From Octopus bimaculoides (lineage: Eukaryota), in the NCBI RefSeq assembly GCF_001194135.2, contig NC_069000.1, forward strand, positions 28,891,297 to 28,955,296: a DNA stretch of 64,000 nucleotides, read 5' to 3'. Below are positions 25,371 through 36,754 of this stretch, one piece after another (positions within the stretch are counted from its first letter, which is position 1; every line of letters begins with the position of its first letter). The position numbers and the translations under genes were made by a program. The notes beneath the pieces are model-generated. The model was not told the origin of the DNA. It ran no database searches and saw only the letters and a list, made by a program, of their open reading frames with translations.

Positions 25371-26586
25371 AAACCCCTTCGGGTCGGTGGCCCTGCTTGA
25401 TCTGTAGAAAAGGTGCAGGTAAAAACTCCATAATATGCACCCAGTGTAAGCTATGGACTCATAAGAGGTGCAGCAACATCAAAGGAAGATAGCTTTCGTG
25501 TGCGGCAGATGCACAGGGACAATAAACACCACAGATGCTCAGAAAACAGATTCCATCACATGCCAGGGGGAGAAACTAGAAGTAGTTGATAGTTTCCGCT
25601 ACCTAGGTGACCAAGTTAGTAGTGGGGGTGGATGCTCAGAAAGTGTTACCATTAGAATAAGAATAGCCTGGGCAAAGTTTAGAAAGCTTCTACTCCTACT
25701 GGTGACAAAGGGCCTCTCGCTCAGAGTAAAAGGTAGATTGTACGATGCATGTGTGTAAACTGCCATGCTTCGCAGCAGTGAAACATGGGCCATGACTGCT
25801 GAGGACATGCGTAGGATTGAAAGAAATAAAGCTAGCATGATCTGCTGGATGTGTAATGTCAGTGTACACACACGACAGAGTGTAAGCACCCTGAGAGTAA
25901 TGTTGCACATAAGAAGCATTGGATGTGGCATGCAAGAGAGACATTTACTCTGGTGTGGTCATGTACTACGGATGGATGAGGAGAGCTGTGTGAAGAAGTG
26001 TCACTCCCAGACAGTTGAAGGAACCTGAGGTAGAGGTAGACCCAGGAAGACATGGAATAAGGTGGTGAAGCATGACCTTCGAATGTTGGGCCTCACAGAG
26101 GCAATGTTGAAAGACCAAGACCTCTGGAGATATGCTGTGACTGAGAAGACCCGGCAAATAAAGTGAGTTCACGGCTATAACCTACACAATTGTGGCATAA
26201 CCAGCCCTAACCTACCCAAAAGTACCTTGGATCATAGGGCGACATGCTGCGCTAGGGCAACATGCTGTGCTTGAGGAGACCTATTGAGTCAAGTACATCA
26301 AAATCAAAATCAAATGGAAATTGTAGTTGTGATCCCTGTGCCAGTGGCACATAAAAAGCACCAGCTGATCGTGTCATTGCCAGCCTCCTCTGGCCCCTGT
26401 GTCAGTGTCATATAAAAAGCACCCACTACACTCTCAGAGTGGTTGGCGTTAGGAAGGGCATCCAGCTGTAGAAACACTGCCAGATCAGACTGGAACCTGG
26501 TGCAGCCTCTTGCCTTCCCAGGCCTCAGTCGAACTGTCCAACCCATGCCAGCATGGAAAACGGACGTTAAACGATGATGATGACGA
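25371..26586 (+). mobile_element. 5'-truncated RTE LINE with a PHD-like Cys/His finger, RT C-terminus and 3' UTR
   Basis: PSGRWPCLICRKG...CTQCKLWTHKRC...FVCGRC...LEVVDSFRYLG...RIAWAKF...SETW...W.GHVLRM...GRGRPRKTW...DL; tail CATGCCAGCATGGAAAACGGACGTTAAACGATGATGATG. Confidence 0.92.
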
Positions 26587-26761
26587 TAAAACCTGTAAAC
26601 TAAGAGGTAAACAAACCTGAAGCAGACATAGAGTAGAGAAGGCATGTCATTGATGAGGTTGCAAATGGTGATGAAAGGACTTTGACAAATCTAACTGAAT
26701 GCTTGTTTGACTAAATGATCAAGCAAATAATCAATTTTTTAATTTAGCTAATAATGATAAT

Positions 26762-26975
26762 GGTTTCAAATGTTGGCACGGGGCCAGCAATTTTGGGGGA
26801 GGGGCTAAGTCTATTAGAATCCCAGTGCTCGACTGGTACTTATTTTATTGACCCCAAAAGGATGAAAGGCAAAGTCAATCTCAGTGGAATTTGAACTCAG
26901 AACATAAAGATGGATGAAAAGTTGCTAAGCGTTTTGCCCAGCATGCTAACAATTCTGCTAGATCACTGCCTTGAC
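26762..26975 (-). mobile_element. SINE family B
   Basis: Reverse-complement core GGATGAAAGGCAAAGTCAATCTCAGTGGAATTTGAACTCAGAAC. Confidence 0.85.
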
Positions 26976-27169
26976 TAATAATAATGTTAATGAATATGAA
27001 ATAGAACCAGAGTATATGTTTATTATTGGCATAATGACCTTCCCCAAATACAAAACAATCTGATCCAACATATGGTTTTGCACCAAGAATCTTGCAAACC
27101 AACTACAAAAGCTTAATGAAGACCTTTTTGAAGACCTTTTTTGATTCAGTTAGTCCATATATATCATAT

Positions 27170-27300
27170 ATAGTTCAAATTTACAGAAAACAACAGACAA
27201 AGACAGGTGATGAAACAACAAACAGGTGTATTAGTTTAACACACAGGAAGAATGGAAAAGTTTTTGATGTTCTGAGCCTATGTTCTTCAACAGAAAGGAT
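27170..27300 (-). mobile_element. Penelope-like pseudo-LTR fragment with a degenerate hammerhead
   Basis: Follows a TA-rich tract. Minus strand 27297-27261 reads CTTT-CTGTTGA-AGAACATAGGCTC-AGAAC-ATC-AAAA. Confidence 0.45.
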
Positions 27301-28828
27301 TAAGAGGAAAAAAAAAATGGGGAGAAAAGAAATGTGTTGGGATTAACAGTTCAACATGAAAAAAAAATATCATATCATATTCACTCACTCATTTTACACC
27401 TGTTTTACATGCTATTGTGGGTTAGATGAATATGTTATGGAAGTAATGTCTTACAGCTGCCACTAGCCTTGTTTATTGAGTAAGAGATGTTTTATTTCAG
27501 ATGGTTTAGAAAACACAAAAAGAACACATGATTTGTTGACAGGAAAAATGAAAATATATTTTCACTTTTATGTTGCAAAATTTGTAGAAAAGAGTGCAAA
27601 TGTAGACAAACACAGATATACACATTTTTGCACACATACATACACACACATACGTATGTATGTATGTGTATGTACAATAGTTTTCTTTCTTTTTCCACTC
27701 ACTGATCCAGAGCTATCTTAGTATTAGTATAGGCACCCAGGCAAACCAGTACACTAGGCCCAATAGTACTTTATGAATATTACTTTCTTTGACAAGATCA
27801 GGAATGAAGAGATCCTGTGGTGCGCTGGTCTACCTCCTATGATGGAAATCCTCATTGATAGAAACTTATGTTAGTTGGGTCACATGCACAGGATGGACAA
27901 CAATAGACTCACCAGAGAAATCATTTACTACCAACAATGCAAAGGGAAAAGAAACCATGGAAAACCTGGACTGAGATTCAAAGATATTGCAAAAAGGGAT
28001 ATAAAGTGGAAAGGAATTGATCATCATAAGTGGCAAACCTAAGAAAAAAATCGACCAGAATACAAAAAGCTTATCAAGACATGCCAAAGCCATGAACAGT
28101 CATAGTTACAACAACTTGCTGCAGATAATATTGCCAGCAAGCCACAGCATACATAGATTAGAATTGGGCTCCTAGGCCTGTGGGGTACCCGGGCAACTGC
28201 CCAGTGTGCCCATGCCTGAAGACAGCACTGACTAAATCCACCCACGTTGTTAGGGTGTTGGGTTTTTGATCATAAGGTTATGGGTTCAGTTCCAAGACCA
28301 AGGAGATGGTGAGCAAGGCACTTTTTTTTGTTTTGTTCCACTCTACTCAGCTGAAATATGAACCAACTGAGCAGTGGTGAAGCCAGCTGAAGATGTGTCT
28401 ATGTCTGCCCTTGATTACACATACATCTAAAACAATTAACAAAAATATGGTAGATGCTACCAAATCTTATTTATTTGTGAGTGATGACTAAAGTTAACTC
28501 TCACATTTGATACACTTAAGGTGATGGAAATAATATTAAATGAGCTTCTATCGTAACAATAACTAAAAAGGTTTCCACAAACCAAGATCTTTTGAAAAAC
28601 CTTTACTCTTACATACATCATGTTGCAACTACCTAAACTACCAAACTATCGGTTTCATCATTCCATAATATGGATTGGAATCTGAAGTAAGGGGGGAAGC
28701 TTTTCTTAGTTGTAAGCCATATGAGACATTGCCTCTGCATAAACAAAGCCACACCACTAAAAGAGAAATTTAAGGAATATTGCATATTCTATAAAAAAAA
28801 TTTATTAGCAACAGAAGCAGTATTAATA

Positions 28829-29162
28829 CCAAGAGGTAATATTAATCCCCACTTAAACATGGGTGTTCTTTTAGAACAAACTATACTGTGGTAGATACAA
28901 TGAGAAAAACTCTCATACTGGCTTTTGGTGCAAAATGCACTTGGTCAAACATCCATCATTGACAAGACCAAAGAAGGTCGAAATCACATGATCTGGTGGC
29001 CTTGGCACTTGGAAGTGGTGAAGATTTGTCTCCCAACCAGCAATATAAACAGGAGTGGATTTTGCATAAATAGCCAATATGAGAGTTTCTCTCGTGGTAT
29101 CTACCACAGTATAGTTTTAACAGAACATCCATATTTAAGTGAGGATTAATATTACCTCTCTG
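28829..29162. mobile_element. 334-bp Tc1/pogo-type MITE with ~105-bp TIRs and TA TSD
   Basis: GAGGTAATATTAATCCCCACTTAAACATGGGTGTTC...ACTATACTGTGGTAGATAC... is mirrored at 29060-29162; TA on both sides. Confidence 0.85.
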
Positions 29163-29439
29163 TACATACTATGTTTTCATTGATTGATAATTCAGTGAAT
29201 CCCTAGCTTCATTGATCCTTGAGCCAATAAGGGAATCACTTAAACTGCCTGAAATAGTAATCAATTGTCCCTCAGATCACACCCTAGTGAGGGACATATT
29301 GGATACACTGATTAAAAGAAAAGATGGGATGTCTATCACTTGAATGTTTCTGATTGTAAGACTGTCTGCTCAGGCAGGGCCAAACTGTGGTTCAACAATA
29401 ACTACCAACAAACAAAAAACACCACCAACACCAACACCA

Positions 29440-29570
29440 ACATGAAACCAACCAACCAACCGACCAACCAATCAACCAACCAACCAACAACCAGCCAACC
29501 AACCACACAACCAGCCAACCAACCAGCCAGCCAACCAGCCAACCAGCCAACCAACCAGCCAACCAACACT
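29440..29570. repeat. (CCAA)n/(CCAG)n tetranucleotide repeat
   Basis: Read directly from the sequence. Confidence 0.9.
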
Positions 29571-29834
29571 TAGGCTCTATCCATTTACTAATATATACAA
29601 CAACTAGCCACCTGTTAGCAACAATTAACAAAGCTATTTTATAACCACCAACTCCTCCCCCGCCTCCACTTCCTCTCTTCCTTCTCTCCCCCACCATCTC
29701 TTGCTTTTCCCTCTTTTCTTTTTTCTTCTTTAGCAATGCCTGAAGCAACTTTTACAATTCAGTAACTTTTTATAACCATCAGCAAAAGGATTAACCCAAA
29801 TTACATCCAACCATCATTTTATACAAACACACAC

Positions 29835-29876
<42 letters not shown>

Positions 29877-31213
29877 NNNNNNNNNNNNNNNNNNNNNNNN
29901 NNNNNNNNNNNNNNNNNNNNNNNNNNNNNNNNNNNNNNNNNNNNNNNNNNNNNNNNNNNNNNNNNNNNNNNNNNNNNNNNNNNNNNNNNNNNNNNNNNNN
30001 NNNNNNNNNNNNNNNNNNNNNNNNNNNNNNNNNNNNNNNNNNNNNNNNNNNNNNNNNNNNNNNNNNNNNNNNNNNNNNNNNNNNNNNNNNNNNNNNNNNN
30101 NNNNNNNNNNNNNNNNNNNNNNNNNNNNNNNNNNNNNNNNNNNNNNNNNNNNNNNNNNNNNNNNNNNNNNNNNNNNNNNNNNNNNNNNNNNNNNNNNNNN
30201 NNNNNNNNNNNNNNNNNNNNNNNNNNNNNNNNNNNNNNNNNNNNNNNNNNNNNNNNNNNNNNNNNNNNNNNNNNNNNNNNNNNNNNNNNNNNNNNNNNNN
30301 NNNNNNNNNNNNNNNNNNNNNNNNNNNNNNNNNNNNNNNNNNNNNNNNNNNNNNNNNNNNNNNNNNNNNNNNNNNNNNNNNNNNNNNNNNNNNNNNNNNN
30401 NNNNNNNNNNNNNNNNNNNNNNNNNNNNNNNNNNNNNNNNNNNNNNNNNNNNNNNNNNNNNNNNNNNNNNNNNNNNNNNNNNNNNNNNNNNNNNNNNNNN
30501 NNNNNNNNNNNNNNNNNNNNNNNNNNNNNNNNNNNNNNNNNNNNNNNNNNNNNNNNNNNNNNNNNNNNNNNNNNNNNNNNNNNNNNNNNNNNNNNNNNNN
30601 NNNNNNNNNNNNNNNNNNNNNNNNNNNNNNNGTGGTGGTGGTAGTAGTAGTAGTAAGGGAAAAAGAAAAAAGAAAAAAGAAGGGAAAAGTTAAAATGACC
30701 CCCTTATGCAAACCCCCAACGAAATTTAATCCTGTAATAATCATGTTACTGCTGCTGTTAGTGCTGCTGCTGAAAGGATTTTGTCTATTTCTGTTATTTC
30801 AAATAAGTATTAACATTCTTTTGGGTATATATACTGGAAATTATATGTTTGCCTTGCTTTTATAAAGTGAGCAGTGTAGTAGTAGTAGAGGAGAAGAAAG
30901 AAAAAGTAGAAGAAATAGCAGCTACATCACTCAAATCACATTCTCCTGTCTGAAATATATTGGACAATGATATACAAAAGGATGGGAAGTCATGGTTAGA
31001 ACGCTTTTTATCATAGACCTACTCAGTTAGGTTTGTACGTATACAAAACAACAAAAGCAATGACAATGGGAAAGGCACACAGGTTGCTACAACTCCAGTT
31101 TAGCTAAACACAGATTGATTGATACATCTGAACATAAAAGCTTATGCAATTGGCTTACTATATTGCATTAGAATGAAAAAGAAATAGAAAGATTTATCAT
31201 TTTGCTTTGGCAT

Positions 31214-31274
<61 letters not shown>

Positions 31275-31404
31275 GGTGGGGTTGTACACATTAAAAAAAT
31301 TGAAAGAAAACCTGCAACTACTAATTTATCTACAAATCTCTTTACATACATATATGTGCGTCTCTACCTTTCTCCCTCACTCTCTGTATACTTATATATG
31401 TATG

Positions 31405-31930
31405 TATGTCTGGGTGTAGCTGTGTGGTAAGAAGTTTGCTTCCCAATGACATGGTTCCAGGTTCAGTCCCACTGCGTGGCACCTTGGGCAAGTGTCATTG
31501 GATTTGGTAGATGGAAACTGGAAGGACTGCCACACACATATATATATGTATGTGTGTGTTTATGATGTAAACATACCATGACCACTAGACAAATGATGTT
31601 GATATGTTTATGTCCCCATAACTCAGGGGCAAATTAGACCCATAGAATAAGCACTAGGCTTTAAAAAAAATGTACCAGAGTCAATTTGCTTGACTAAAAT
31701 TCTTCAAGGCAGTACTCCAGCATGGCTGCAGTCTGATGACTGAAACAAGTAAAAGATATGTAGGCATCACAGGCATGACTATGTGTTAAGAAATTTGCCT
31801 TACAACCACATAGTTCCTGGTTCAGTCCTATTGTGTGTTACCTTGGGCAAGTGTCTTCTACTATAGCCTTGAGCCAACCAAAGCCTTCTGTATGGAGTTG
31901 GTAGACAGAAACTGAAAGAAGCCCATCATG
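31405..31930 (+). mobile_element. Two adjacent SINE family A copies
   Basis: Heads at about 31410 and 31770; tail CCAGCATGGCTGCAGTCTGATGACTGAAACAAG at about 31720. Confidence 0.85.
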
Positions 31931-32781
31931 TGTGCATGTGTGTGTGTGTGTGTATGTGTATGTGTGTGTGTGATTGTGTGTGTGTGTAAATGTATAGATA
32001 TGATGGAAATAAAAGAAATATTGAACATAATACATGAGAATATATATGTATACACACACACACACACACACACACACANNNNNNNNNNNNNNNNNNNNNN
32101 NNNNNNNNNNNNNNNNNNNNNNNNNNNNNNNNNNNNNNNNNNNNNNNNNNNNNNNNNNNNNNNNNNNNNNNNNNNNNNNNNNNNNNNNNNNNNNNNNNNN
32201 NNNNNNNNNNNNNNNNNNNNNNNNNNNNNNNNNNNNNNNNNNNNNNNNNNNNNNNNNNNNNNNNNNNNNNNNNNNNNNNNNNNNNNNNNNNNNNNNNNNN
32301 NNNNNNNNNNNNNNNNNNNNNNNNNNNNNNNNNNNNNNNNNNNNNNNNNNNNNNNNNNNNNNNNNNNNNNNNNNNNNNNNNNNNNNNNNNNNNNNNNNNN
32401 NNNNNNNNNNNNNNNNNNNNNNNNNNNNNNNNNNNNNNNNNNNNNNNNNNNNNNNNNNNNNNNNNNNNNNNNNNNNNNNNNNNNNNNNNNNNNNNNNNNN
32501 NNNNNNNNNNNNNNNNNNNNNNNNNNNNNNNNNNNNNNNNNNNNNNNNNNNNNNNNNNNNNNNNNNNNNNNNNNNNNNNNNNNNNNNNNNNNNNNNNNNN
32601 NNNNNNNNNNNNNNNNNNNNNNNNNNNNNNNNNNNNNNNNNNNNNNNNNNNNNNNNNNNNNNNNNNNNNNNNNNNNNNNNNNNNNNNNNNNNNNNNNATA
32701 TATATATATATATATATATAAGCAATGTTAATTCTCTAAATGAAGTATTAACAGTAACTGCACGATAAAGTGTAGTATATT

Positions 32782-32985
32782 GCCACTTAAGTGTGGCTGA
32801 CCCCTAGGGGTGGATGTTACTGTTGCTTTTAGCCCCAGGAGGACATCTCCTCCAGCTGGCTTATCGACACACGACTGTGTCCTGTTTGCCAAGGGAAGTT
32901 ATCCCTCTCACCTCGATCTGCAGCACGAACGTATCCGGATTTCAGGGTTATTTCCCTTCGTCGGCGTCCGACAGCTGATGACCTT
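32782..32985. other. GC-rich multi-hairpin segment of unknown class (probably an interspersed repeat or retroelement UTR)
   Basis: Seven short inverted repeats in ~190 nt, many intact CpGs, abuts (TA)n. Confidence 0.45.
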
Positions 32986-33006
32986 GGTATATATATATAC
33001 ATATAC

Positions 33007-33655
33007 ACAGTGTGTCCCAAATGTCACTGATGGGTTTGAATTTCTATTAACTTCCTTAACTTTACTAATAAATCCATGAAATATTGATACAATATAAAGG
33101 ACAAAATGGAAATTAATATTCATAAGTCAAATTTTGCAACACCACTACATTACATATGAAAAATGGCAGCCATTTTTGGATTTGCACACAGGTTGTCCAG
33201 TTTGTTAACATAAACCCTTTCTTTCAGGTATCCCCACAAGAAAAAATCTGGGCTAGTCAAGATTGGTGACTGCAAAGGCCAGTTGACATTGCTGTAGTGG
33301 GAGATTAATTCTCTCTTCAAAGCACTGCTGTAGCAACTGCATTGTTTCTCTCATGGTATGAGCAGTTACCCCATCTTGCTGGAACCACGTATGAGGTCTA
33401 CTTTGAATGGCCAGGCAGAAAAAGGTCTTAGTCATGGATACCTGAAGGAGAGGGTTTACGTCAACAAACCGGAGACCCTGGTGCAACTGAAGGAGAACAT
33501 CAATAGAGAAATTAGAGAAATGGGGTCTAAAACTCTTAAGGGTGCTATGGTGCAAGTTTTGGAAAGAGCACGGGTGTGCAAAGCTGAACATGGCTGCCAT
33601 TTAAGTGATGTCATTTTTCATATGTGATGTAGTGGTGTTGCAAAATTTGATTTGT
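33007..33655. mobile_element. Tc1/mariner derivative made of two transposase 3' ends in inverted orientation
   Basis: TIR-like CAGTGTGTCCCAAATGTC at the left. Minus strand: WFQQDGVTAHT...DFFLWGYLKERVYVNK...IFHM*. Plus strand: GYLKERVYVNKPETLVQLK...HLSDVIFHM*. TGTAGTGGTGTTGCAAAATTTGA is present on both strands. Confidence 0.8.
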
Positions 33656-34452
33656 GCATATATATNNNNNNNNNNNNNNNNNNNNNNNNNNNNNNNNNNN
33701 NNNNNNNNNNNNNNNNNNNNNNNNNNNNNNNNNNNNNNNNNNNNNNNNNNNNNNNNNNNNNNNNNNNNNNNNNNNNNNNNNNNNNNNNNNNNNNNNNNNN
33801 NNNNNNNNNNNNNNNNNNNNNNNNNNNNNNNNNNNNNNNNNNNNNNNNNNNNNNNNNNNNNNNNNNNNNNNNNNNNNNNNNNNNNNNNNNNNNNNNNNNN
33901 NNNNNNNNNNNNNNNNNNNNNNNNNNNNNNNNNNNNNNNNNNNNNNNNNNNNNNNNNNNNNNNNNNNNNNNNNNNNNNNNNNNNNNNNNNNNNNNNNNNN
34001 NNNNNNNNNNNNNNNNNNNNNNNNNNNNNNNNNNNNNNNNNNNNNNNNNNNNNNNNNNNNNNNNNNNNNNNNNNNNNNNNNNNNNNNNNNNNNNNNNNNN
34101 NNNNNNNNNNNNNNNNNNNNNNNNNNNNNNNNNNNNNNNNNNNNNNNNNNNNNNNNNNNNNNNNNNNNNNNNNNNNNNNNNNNNNNNNNNNNNNNNNNNN
34201 NNNNNNNNNNNNNNNNNNNNNNNNNNNNNNNNNNNNNNNNNNNNNNNNNNNNNNNNNNNNNNNNNNNNNNNNNNNNNNNNNNNNNNNNNNNNNNNNNNNN
34301 NNNNNNNNNNNNNNNNNNNNNNNNNNNNNNNNNNNNNNNNNNNNNNNNNNNNNNNNNNNNNNNNNNNNNNNNNNNNNNNNNNNNNNNNNNNNNNNNNNNN
34401 NATTGATTTATTAATTAATAAATTGATAATCTTTTACCCTTTTAATTTGTAA

Positions 34453-34487
<35 letters not shown>

Positions 34488-34837
34488 CATATATATATGT
34501 GTGTGTGTGTATATTATTTATTATTTATTATTTAATTGAATGTGATGCATCCATTTCCAAGTAAGTTTATCCTCACCTTTTTGATGCGAATCTACTCTAT
34601 ACTCTTTTCTTCCTCCATCCTTCTCTAATTCCCTTTTTCTTCCCCTCCCTCCTTCACTGTTTTCTACCTGTCTCTCTCTCTTTCTCTCCTCTTTCTTTTT
34701 ATCTCTCTCTCTCTTTAACTTATTTGTTTTCATGTTTCACGTTATTTGCACCATTGTTGATGTCCTGTACCCATATATGCATGTATATATATGTTATTTA
34801 TTATATATAAAATATATATATATATATATATATATAT

Positions 34838-35660
34838 GACAGAGGTGGTATTAAAAAGTTCCTGGACTAGTTCAATAGTGTGCCAACAGATGACAGCACA
34901 CGATTGCTGGCAGTGATCTTCATGAGGCAGTATGCCAAGTGACATCACTGTGTTTACTTTGCAAGCTGTGAAATTTGTGTTTTTGTGACTATGTGTATGT
35001 TGTAGTCTGTGATTTCATCATGGACAGGAAGTTCGATCAAAGCCAACATGAAATTTTGTGTTAAACTTGGAAAGTCTGCTCCAGAGATATTGAGCATGCT
35101 TTGGCAAGCTTATGGTGAGGCAATCGGTCATATGCTTCTTTTGGGTGGCATGGGTACTTCAAAAGTGGAAGAATGTCCCTGGAAGACCTGCCACAAGTAT
35201 CATCCTCAGAAATGTGGAGGAAATTCATCAGCTTGTACATAAGCATTGTCAGAGGACAATCAACGAAATTGCTGATGTTGGTCTGTCATATGGATCCATG
35301 CAGGCAATCATAACATCTGAATTGAACACGTGGCATGTCTCTGCCAAGTTTGTCCCACACCTGCTGACCACTGAGCAGAAAGTACATAGTGTTGAAGACT
35401 GTCAAGGTCTCTGTTAACGTGCCACTGATGACCATCCTTCATGTTTAAGCTCATCACCAGTGATGAGAGTTGGGTCTATGGGTATGATCCAGAGATGAAG
35501 AAGTAGTTGACACAATGGAAGAGCCTTTCATCTCCATGACCAAAAATGGCACAACAGAGCTGCAGCTCAATCAAGAGCATGCTCATTGTGGGACTTGTGT
35601 ATTGCTGTGCAAGGTGATTATTTTGAAGGAGGAGATGATGTTAAAACTTAGGTAAGGAAG
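34838..35660 (+). mobile_element. Decayed mariner (N-terminal part)
   Basis: TIR-like GAGGTGGTATTAAAAAGTTCCTGGAC; MKFCVKLGKSAPE; SAKFVPHLLTTEQK; ITSDESWVYGYDPE. Confidence 0.88.
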
Positions 35661-35704
35661 TTACGCAAATTCATGAAGCGTTCCATATTTTTAACCAAAT
35701 ACGA

Positions 35705-36205
35705 TGACCGGCACCTGTGCCAGTGGAGCGCTGACAGCACCATTCGAGCGGGATCATTGCCAGAGCAGCTGTCTGGCTTCCATGCTAGTAGCATGTAAGA
35801 AGCATCTTACTGGCACTTGTGCCAGTGGCACGTGAACAAAACATTCGAGCGAAGTCATTGCCAATTTCGCTGGACTGACTCCTGTGCAGGTGGCACGTAA
35901 AAAGCACCATTTGAGCGTGGCCGTTGCTAGTACTGCCTGACTGGCCCTCGTGCCAGTGGCACTTAAAAGCACCCACTACACTCTTCGAGTGGTTGGCATT
36001 AGGAAGGGCATCCAGCTGTAGAAACTCTGCCAGATCAGATTGGAGCCTGGTGCAGCCATCTGGTTTNNNNNNNNNNCATCCAGCTGTAGAAACTCTGCCA
36101 GATCAGATTGGAGCCTGGTGCAGCCATCTGGTTTGCCAGTCCTCAGTCAAATCATCCAACCCATGCTAGCAAGGAAAGCAGACGTTAAATGATGATGATG
36201 ATGAT
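35705..36205 (+). mobile_element. RTE 3' UTR with internal tandem subrepeats
   Basis: Repeated GCCAGTGGCAC(G)TAAAAAGCACC units, then CATCCAGCTGTAGAAACTCTGCC...GACGTTAAATGATGATGATG. Confidence 0.85.
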
Positions 36206-36239
36206 ATATATGTATGTATGTGTGTATATATAGATATAA

Positions 36240-36748
36240 AATAAAAGATAAGATCTATATAAGATTTTATTGAGTAGCCAGCGTGTAAACCAGTTAAGGA
36301 AAAAAATTAACACAAGGTATCTAATTTTTTCCTTTATATATGAAATACATTATAATATCAAGGGCTATTACTGTGTGTAAAATCCACAGGCTTAAATGGG
36401 ACTCTAAAGTCAAACTACTTCAATAAGTATACCCACGCACCGACACCAGGAGAATGAAAACTAGGAGAAATTCCTTGAATAAAAAAAGGCTTAGTAGTAT
36501 GCCATTTATTATTTCGATTAGATACACAGGGCAAGATGAACTAGGTAGAGATCCCTTTAAATTAGATTTATAAGTGTAAACATTTGTATATATTGTACTG
36601 GATGCGTTGTGTTTGTTTTGTATGTACAGATGTATATATATTTATTTTTCCTGGTTATGTTCGTACTGATGAGTGGAGAACATGGTAATACATGGTGACC
36701 ATGAAATCATTAATGTTTACGCACAGTAATAGCCCTTGATATTATAAT
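36240..36748. mobile_element. Penelope-like pseudo-LTR fragment with an inverted partial copy
   Basis: 33-bp inverted repeat (36349-36381 / 36716-36748, one mismatch) and a hammerhead motif at 36662-36721; flanked by TA-rich tracts. Confidence 0.6.
36662..36721 (+). ncRNA. Minimal type I hammerhead ribozyme motif
   Basis: CGTA-CTGATGA-GTGG[22 nt]CCAT-GAAA-t-CATTAATG-TT-TACG. The core is intact, stem I is 4 bp, stem II is 4 bp (one G-U), and stem III is palindromic with one extra T. Confidence 0.72.
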
Positions 36749-36754
36749 ATATAT

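Noticed and set aside
27455-27475. GTCTTACAGCTG, matching the 3' end of the 852-900 hammerhead
   Set aside because: No CUGANGA/GAAA core is nearby, and the match is too short to call.
36009-36134. 58-bp exact direct repeat
   Set aside because: The identical copies sit on either side of a 10-N gap, so this is an unmerged contig overlap.
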